DNA of 60,222 nucleotides, filler included, from Nitrospirae bacterium MYbin3 (GTDB taxonomy: Bacteria > Nitrospirota > Thermodesulfovibrionia > Thermodesulfovibrionales > Dissulfurispiraceae), in the NCBI GenBank assembly GCA_002753335.1. It is 4 parts of 4 records of this genome, joined end to end, with 100 filler letters (N's around TTAATTAATTAA, not from the genome) between each part and the next. Parts side by side here need not be neighbours in the genome. Positions count along the whole stretch, not along the records: positions 35,776 to 60,222 come from PEAD01000034.1; 3 more parts are not named here. The stretch is one strand, 5' to 3'. Positions 59,904 through 60,222 of this stretch are shown here, piece by piece. The position numbers were made by a program, and so were the translations under genes. How positions within the stretch are numbered: the first letter of the stretch is position 1; each line of letters begins with the position of its first letter. Below the pieces are notes generated by a model. The model saw nothing but the letters and a program-made list of their open reading frames with translations, was not told the origin of the DNA and did not search any database.

Positions 59904-60222
59904 TTATGCCTCCACGGACAATTTTTGTCTCGGTTTAATATCAAACGTATTTAAAAAATTATATGATGTTTTGAGATAGTAAAGTGACTTCTCTATTAAA
60001 AGACTGTTGAACTTGTTCAGCTCGGTTATGCTTTGTATTACGGACTTAAAACGGACAGCTATATTACTGACACTGGTCTTATACTCATCCTCAGCTATCT
60101 CGGCAACTTCAGAAATCGTCATTTGTGCAAAGCCAAGATCGCGCAGTATTCTTTCCCTGCGCACATCGCACATGCGTATCTTTTCTGAGATTTCCTGCTT
60201 GTTAACCAAAAGATCTTCAAGC
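59904..60222 (-). CDS. flgN: Flagellar export chaperone FlgN, C-terminal part
   Basis: Helical ELNKFNSLLIEKSL segment immediately upstream of flgK; 5' end outside window. Confidence 0.7.
   Translation of the reverse strand, partial: LEDLLVNKQEISEKIRMCDVRRERILRDLGFAQMTISEVAEIAEDEYKTSVSNIAVRFKSVIQSITELNKFNSLLIEKSLYYLKTSYNFLNTFDIKPRQKLSVEA

Noticed and set aside
1..60222. tRNA, rRNA or integron integrase genes
   Set aside because: None recognised by eye; tRNAscan-SE, Rfam and an IntI HMM search would be needed to exclude them.

Overview
Draft-genome window made of four contigs joined by artificial 100-bp linkers (N44-TTAATTAATTAA-N44 at 2633-2732, 33056-33155, 35676-35775), so synteny across linkers is not evidence. 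The source is a Gram-negative (diderm) bacterium; the housekeeping proteins look Nitrospirota/Desulfobacterota-like (inference). Contig 1 holds the 3' part of a type III restriction-like gene and a DUF5677-like gene. Contig 2 (2733-33055) is accessory DNA. It starts with an AT-rich defence-like island: HsdR-N nuclease, HU, kinase + PIN-GNAT-PUA + ASCH, an AlbA_2/Schlafen pair and an ABC-ATPase-TOPRIM gene. Several of these carry integron cassette signatures, including two attC sites and a duplicated attI-like site with no integrase. Inside the island is an operon with a predicted sigma54 promoter: TonB receptor, an unannotated 27-aa Cys-Cys precursor peptide, a radical SAM/SPASM maturase, a periplasmic binding protein, a histidine kinase and a sigma54 activator. 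This looks like a self-inducing RiPP signalling circuit. A T1SS (HlyB/HlyD) with a large RTX protein follows. Contig 3 has a decayed IS3 element, gspG and partial gspE. Contig 4 is core genome: MCE transporter genes, rnc, fabF, acpP, fabG, a pentaheme cytochrome c, PPi-type PFK, an RND pump, an Rsb-like partner-switching module with mlaE, glgP, UDP-glucuronate decarboxylase, a pentapeptide protein and flgL, flgK, flgN.
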